Assembly (NCBI GenBank): GCA_964419615.1
Contig: CAYQPU010000006.1
Span: forward strand, 15,418-54,521
Reading direction: 5' to 3'
Length of the DNA stretch: 39,104 nucleotides
From: an uncultured Methanosarcinales archaeon
GTDB taxonomy: Archaea > Nanobdellota > Nanobdellia > Woesearchaeales > JAGVZT01
Below the pieces are notes generated by a model that saw only the letters and a list, made by a program, of their open reading frames with translations, was not told the origin of the DNA and did not search any database. The position numbers and the translations under genes are program-made. Positions 37,345 through 39,104 of this stretch are shown in pieces (the first letter of the stretch is position 1; every line of letters begins with the position of its first letter).

Positions 37345-37600
37345 TATGCTCTCCTCTCATTTGTTATTGGACAAACTTTTTCAACTTCTTCTTTTGTCCA
37401 TCCTTTAAATTTTTTAAATTCATCTTCTGGAAAATTTGCCCAAGTTAATTTTAAATGTGGATGCACTTTTCCAAAATATCCGTGCCTCAATATATTTACA
37501 CCATAGTGAAGATAATCCACAATTCGCTCTTCAGGTGTTGGTAATTTTGATTTGTAACTATTTGTACATATTGGACTATCCGTTCCAAAATCCCCTGTAA
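37344..37600 (-). pseudogene. 3' remnant of an E2-like (UBC-fold) gene, 5'-truncated at a junction
   Basis: ...GTDSPIC(37566-68)TNSYKSKLPTPEERIVDYLHYGVNILRHGY resembles IC-LDIL..W..I..VL..I..LL. The stop is coupled to JAB (TAATG). There is no in-frame start before the frame runs antisense to the Nudix gene. Confidence 0.5.
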
Positions 37601-37707
37601 AAGCGTGTTTATAATGGTCGTGTACAAAAGGTGAATTCGAGTGATGAATTGCGTGAAACGATGTATGCTTATACTTCTCAACAACAAGGTGCAGAGATAA
37701 TAATACT

Positions 37708-38127
37708 ATGAGATTCAAAAATGCTAGACACAGGAAAGCTGCGTTTGCTAATATGCGTAATAGAACCTCTGCTCGAGGCATAGTTAAACGCAAGAATAAA
37801 TATTTGTTAGTAAGAAGGCTGGATGGTAGGTATGAGTTCCCTGGAGGTAAGACAGATGGTGAACATCCTAAAAAAGCATTGGAACGTGAGATGAAAGAAG
37901 AAACAAACTTAAACATCAAAGATCCAGAACATATTAAAACACTATATAGTAAAGAAGGGTACTGGACTAGGTTTTATAAAACAAAAGCAAACGGTAAAAT
38001 CAAGCTCCAACCTGAAGAACTCAATGAATACAGATATGTTACAACTAAAGAAAGCAAGAAACTAAGAATGACCCGTCCCTCAAGACGGATGTTAAATGTG
38101 CTCAAAAAAGAGGATAAAAATGGTTAA
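37708..38127 (+). CDS. Nudix hydrolase with a basic N-terminal extension
   Basis: Nudix box GGKTDGEHPKKALEREMKEETNL (Gx5Ex7RExxEE). Confidence 0.92.
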   Translation: MRFKNARHRKAAFANMRNRTSARGIVKRKNKYLLVRRLDGRYEFPGGKTDGEHPKKALEREMKEETNLNIKDPEHIKTLYSKEGYWTRFYKTKANGKIKLQPEELNEYRYVTTKESKKLRMTRPSRRMLNVLKKEDKNG

Positions 38128-38791
38128 AAGAAAATTTAAATCAAATAAACAACGTAGAGCAGTGATGGCTAAACTCAACCCAGGACGCGGTATGAGGAAA
38201 GGCAAGCACACCTATAAGAGCATCTGGGAAGGTGACTGGGATGCTGATAAAGTACCTAATATAGACGACAAATACCCGTTCGATAAGAGCAGGACAGAAC
38301 CTGTCAATAAAGATATCAGCCTCTCAGAAGCTTGGGGCAGCCTGCAGTTGAGACGCGCGATCTATAACAAGAATATCAAGAAGATTGCGGGCGCGATCGG
38401 GTCCAAGAAGTACAGGGTCAAGCAGCACTATAGCGCGATCAATAAGCAGATGACTCGCTACATAGATAATATCGAGGACATGGGTGGGCTCACTGTCTAT
38501 GCCAATACCAGGCTAGAGCTCGAGCTGGCAGTGATGAAGCTCAAACGTATGTTCAAGGGCAAGATCCAGGACTATGATAACAAGTACCAGGTAGCGCTTG
38601 ATAAGAAACGGGCATATATGGCACACCATTTCACTATCATCGACCAGGGTCTGCCGTACGAGATCCAGGTCAAGACCAAGAAGATGGCTGCATTACACAC
38701 AAAGATGCACGCGGATTATAAGAAATACGGGCCTGCGTACGTGAAAAAATATACAGAAGAAGCGTTCAGGCTCTACAGTCTCGGCTATTAA
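38120..38791 (+). CDS. RelA/SpoT-domain small alarmone synthetase-like nucleotidyltransferase
   Basis: RVKQHYSAINK (Syn1), EDMGG (Syn2), YMAHH (Syn3) and EIQVKT (Syn4). GAGGA SD before ATG38120, which overlaps the Nudix stop. Confidence 0.78.
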   Translation: MVKRKFKSNKQRRAVMAKLNPGRGMRKGKHTYKSIWEGDWDADKVPNIDDKYPFDKSRTEPVNKDISLSEAWGSLQLRRAIYNKNIKKIAGAIGSKKYRVKQHYSAINKQMTRYIDNIEDMGGLTVYANTRLELELAVMKLKRMFKGKIQDYDNKYQVALDKKRAYMAHHFTIIDQGLPYEIQVKTKKMAALHTKMHADYKKYGPAYVKKYTEEAFRLYSLGY

Positions 38792-39012
38792 TCCTCGAAT
38801 GTATCTTCTAAGATCTCGGCAGTTGTACGTTTAGAATGAGAGCTGCCTGTCAACTCGTCCTTGACTATTCCGAAATACTTTAAGAGTGCGTACTGAACCA
38901 GACGACTGATACTGGGCTTACCCCTGGAATCATGGAACTGTTTCTTCTTGATCTCTTTCATGCTCTTTTGGTAGAGCTCCTCGTTCATATATATACCGTG
39001 TACTGTTGGCAT
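38788..39012 (-). CDS. Ribbon-helix-helix (CopG/Arc-like) DNA-binding protein
   Basis: TVHGIYMNEELYQKSMKEI...SISRLVQYALLKYF. ATG39012 follows a GAGGTG SD; the GTG at 39024 is part of that SD. Confidence 0.7.
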   Translation of the reverse strand: MPTVHGIYMNEELYQKSMKEIKKKQFHDSRGKPSISRLVQYALLKYFGIVKDELTGSSHSKRTTAEILEDTFED

Positions 39013-39049
39013 CGCTTTGTTCACCTCGTTAGTTAATCAGTTAGTGCAG

Positions 39050-39063
39050 TATTTAAGCTTTTC
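39050..39063 (-). promoter_or_regulatory. Archaeal BRE-TATA (GAAAAG-CTTAAATA) for the RHH gene
   Basis: Minus-strand read GAAAAGCTTAAATA upstream of the SD. Confidence 0.55.
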
Positions 39064-39104
39064 CTCTTCTGATGCTATCCACATCAAAGTGTCATAAATC
39101 TCTG

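Larger units (their letters stand above)
37601..39104. mobile_element. Foreign archaeal element (virus/plasmid-like) or chimeric contig end
   Basis: Abrupt switch of coding strand inside the E2-like gene and a rise in CpG. G+C spot counts are 31/60 (38341-38400) and 29/60 (38461-38520) versus 18/60 at 2221-2280. Accessory gene content. Confidence 0.6.

Noticed and set aside
2039-37687. The many short (60-140 aa) ORFs nested antisense or out of frame within long genes (e.g. 2039, 4094, 11387, 17966, 35132, 36188)
   Set aside because: They lie inside well-supported genes, have no motifs or RBS, and show the composition expected of shadow ORFs.
37601-37919. N-terminal part of the 191-aa minus ORF (37344..37919) as real protein
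   Set aside because: It is largely the antisense of the clearly real Nudix gene, and the His-rich stretch is antisense to a plus-strand frame. Only the 3' part of about 85 codons is treated as genuine.
1-39104. CRISPR array, rRNA, tRNA, transposase or integrase
   Set aside because: No regularly spaced repeats, cloverleaf or rRNA-like segments, or recombinase motifs were seen by eye. A tRNAscan/Infernal run would be needed to exclude them formally.

Overview
AT-rich, CpG-poor, gene-dense archaeal DNA. It most likely comes from a DPANN (Woesearchaeota-like) genome, inferred from the histone, stand-alone Kae1, archaeal PheS/T, type II MetAP, BRE-TATA promoters and GGAGG/GAGGTG ribosome-binding sites. 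Housekeeping genes (cupin pgi, pheST, kae1, map, two prs, rRNA/tRNA maturation enzymes, S-layer-like proteins) are interleaved with unusual loci. (1) A translationally coupled minus-strand operon at 31.7-37.6 kb reads E2-like remnant > JAB/MPN protease > two-domain E1 > membrane protein > membrane-TPR protein > EF-hand lipoprotein. It looks like a membrane-linked ubiquitin-like conjugation system whose 5' end, including any Ubl gene, is cut by a junction at about 37.6-37.7 kb. (2) Beyond the junction is a foreign archaeal element with a Nudix hydrolase, a RelA/SpoT small alarmone synthetase and an RHH protein; the two enzymes share a basic N-terminal tag. (3) An MtrA-like/thymidylate synthase fusion sits among four P-loop nucleoside/nucleotide kinases. 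(4) A 1002-aa IMPase/FBPase-TPR-pseudokinase fusion. (5) A YydG/EpeE-like radical SAM enzyme near an ACP-like protein lacking its Ser. There are also two in-frame premature stops (tmk, phoU-like) and a 26-aa micro-ORF absent from the ORF track. No rRNA, tRNA or CRISPR array was recognised. All family assignments come from motif recognition by eye; no database search was run.
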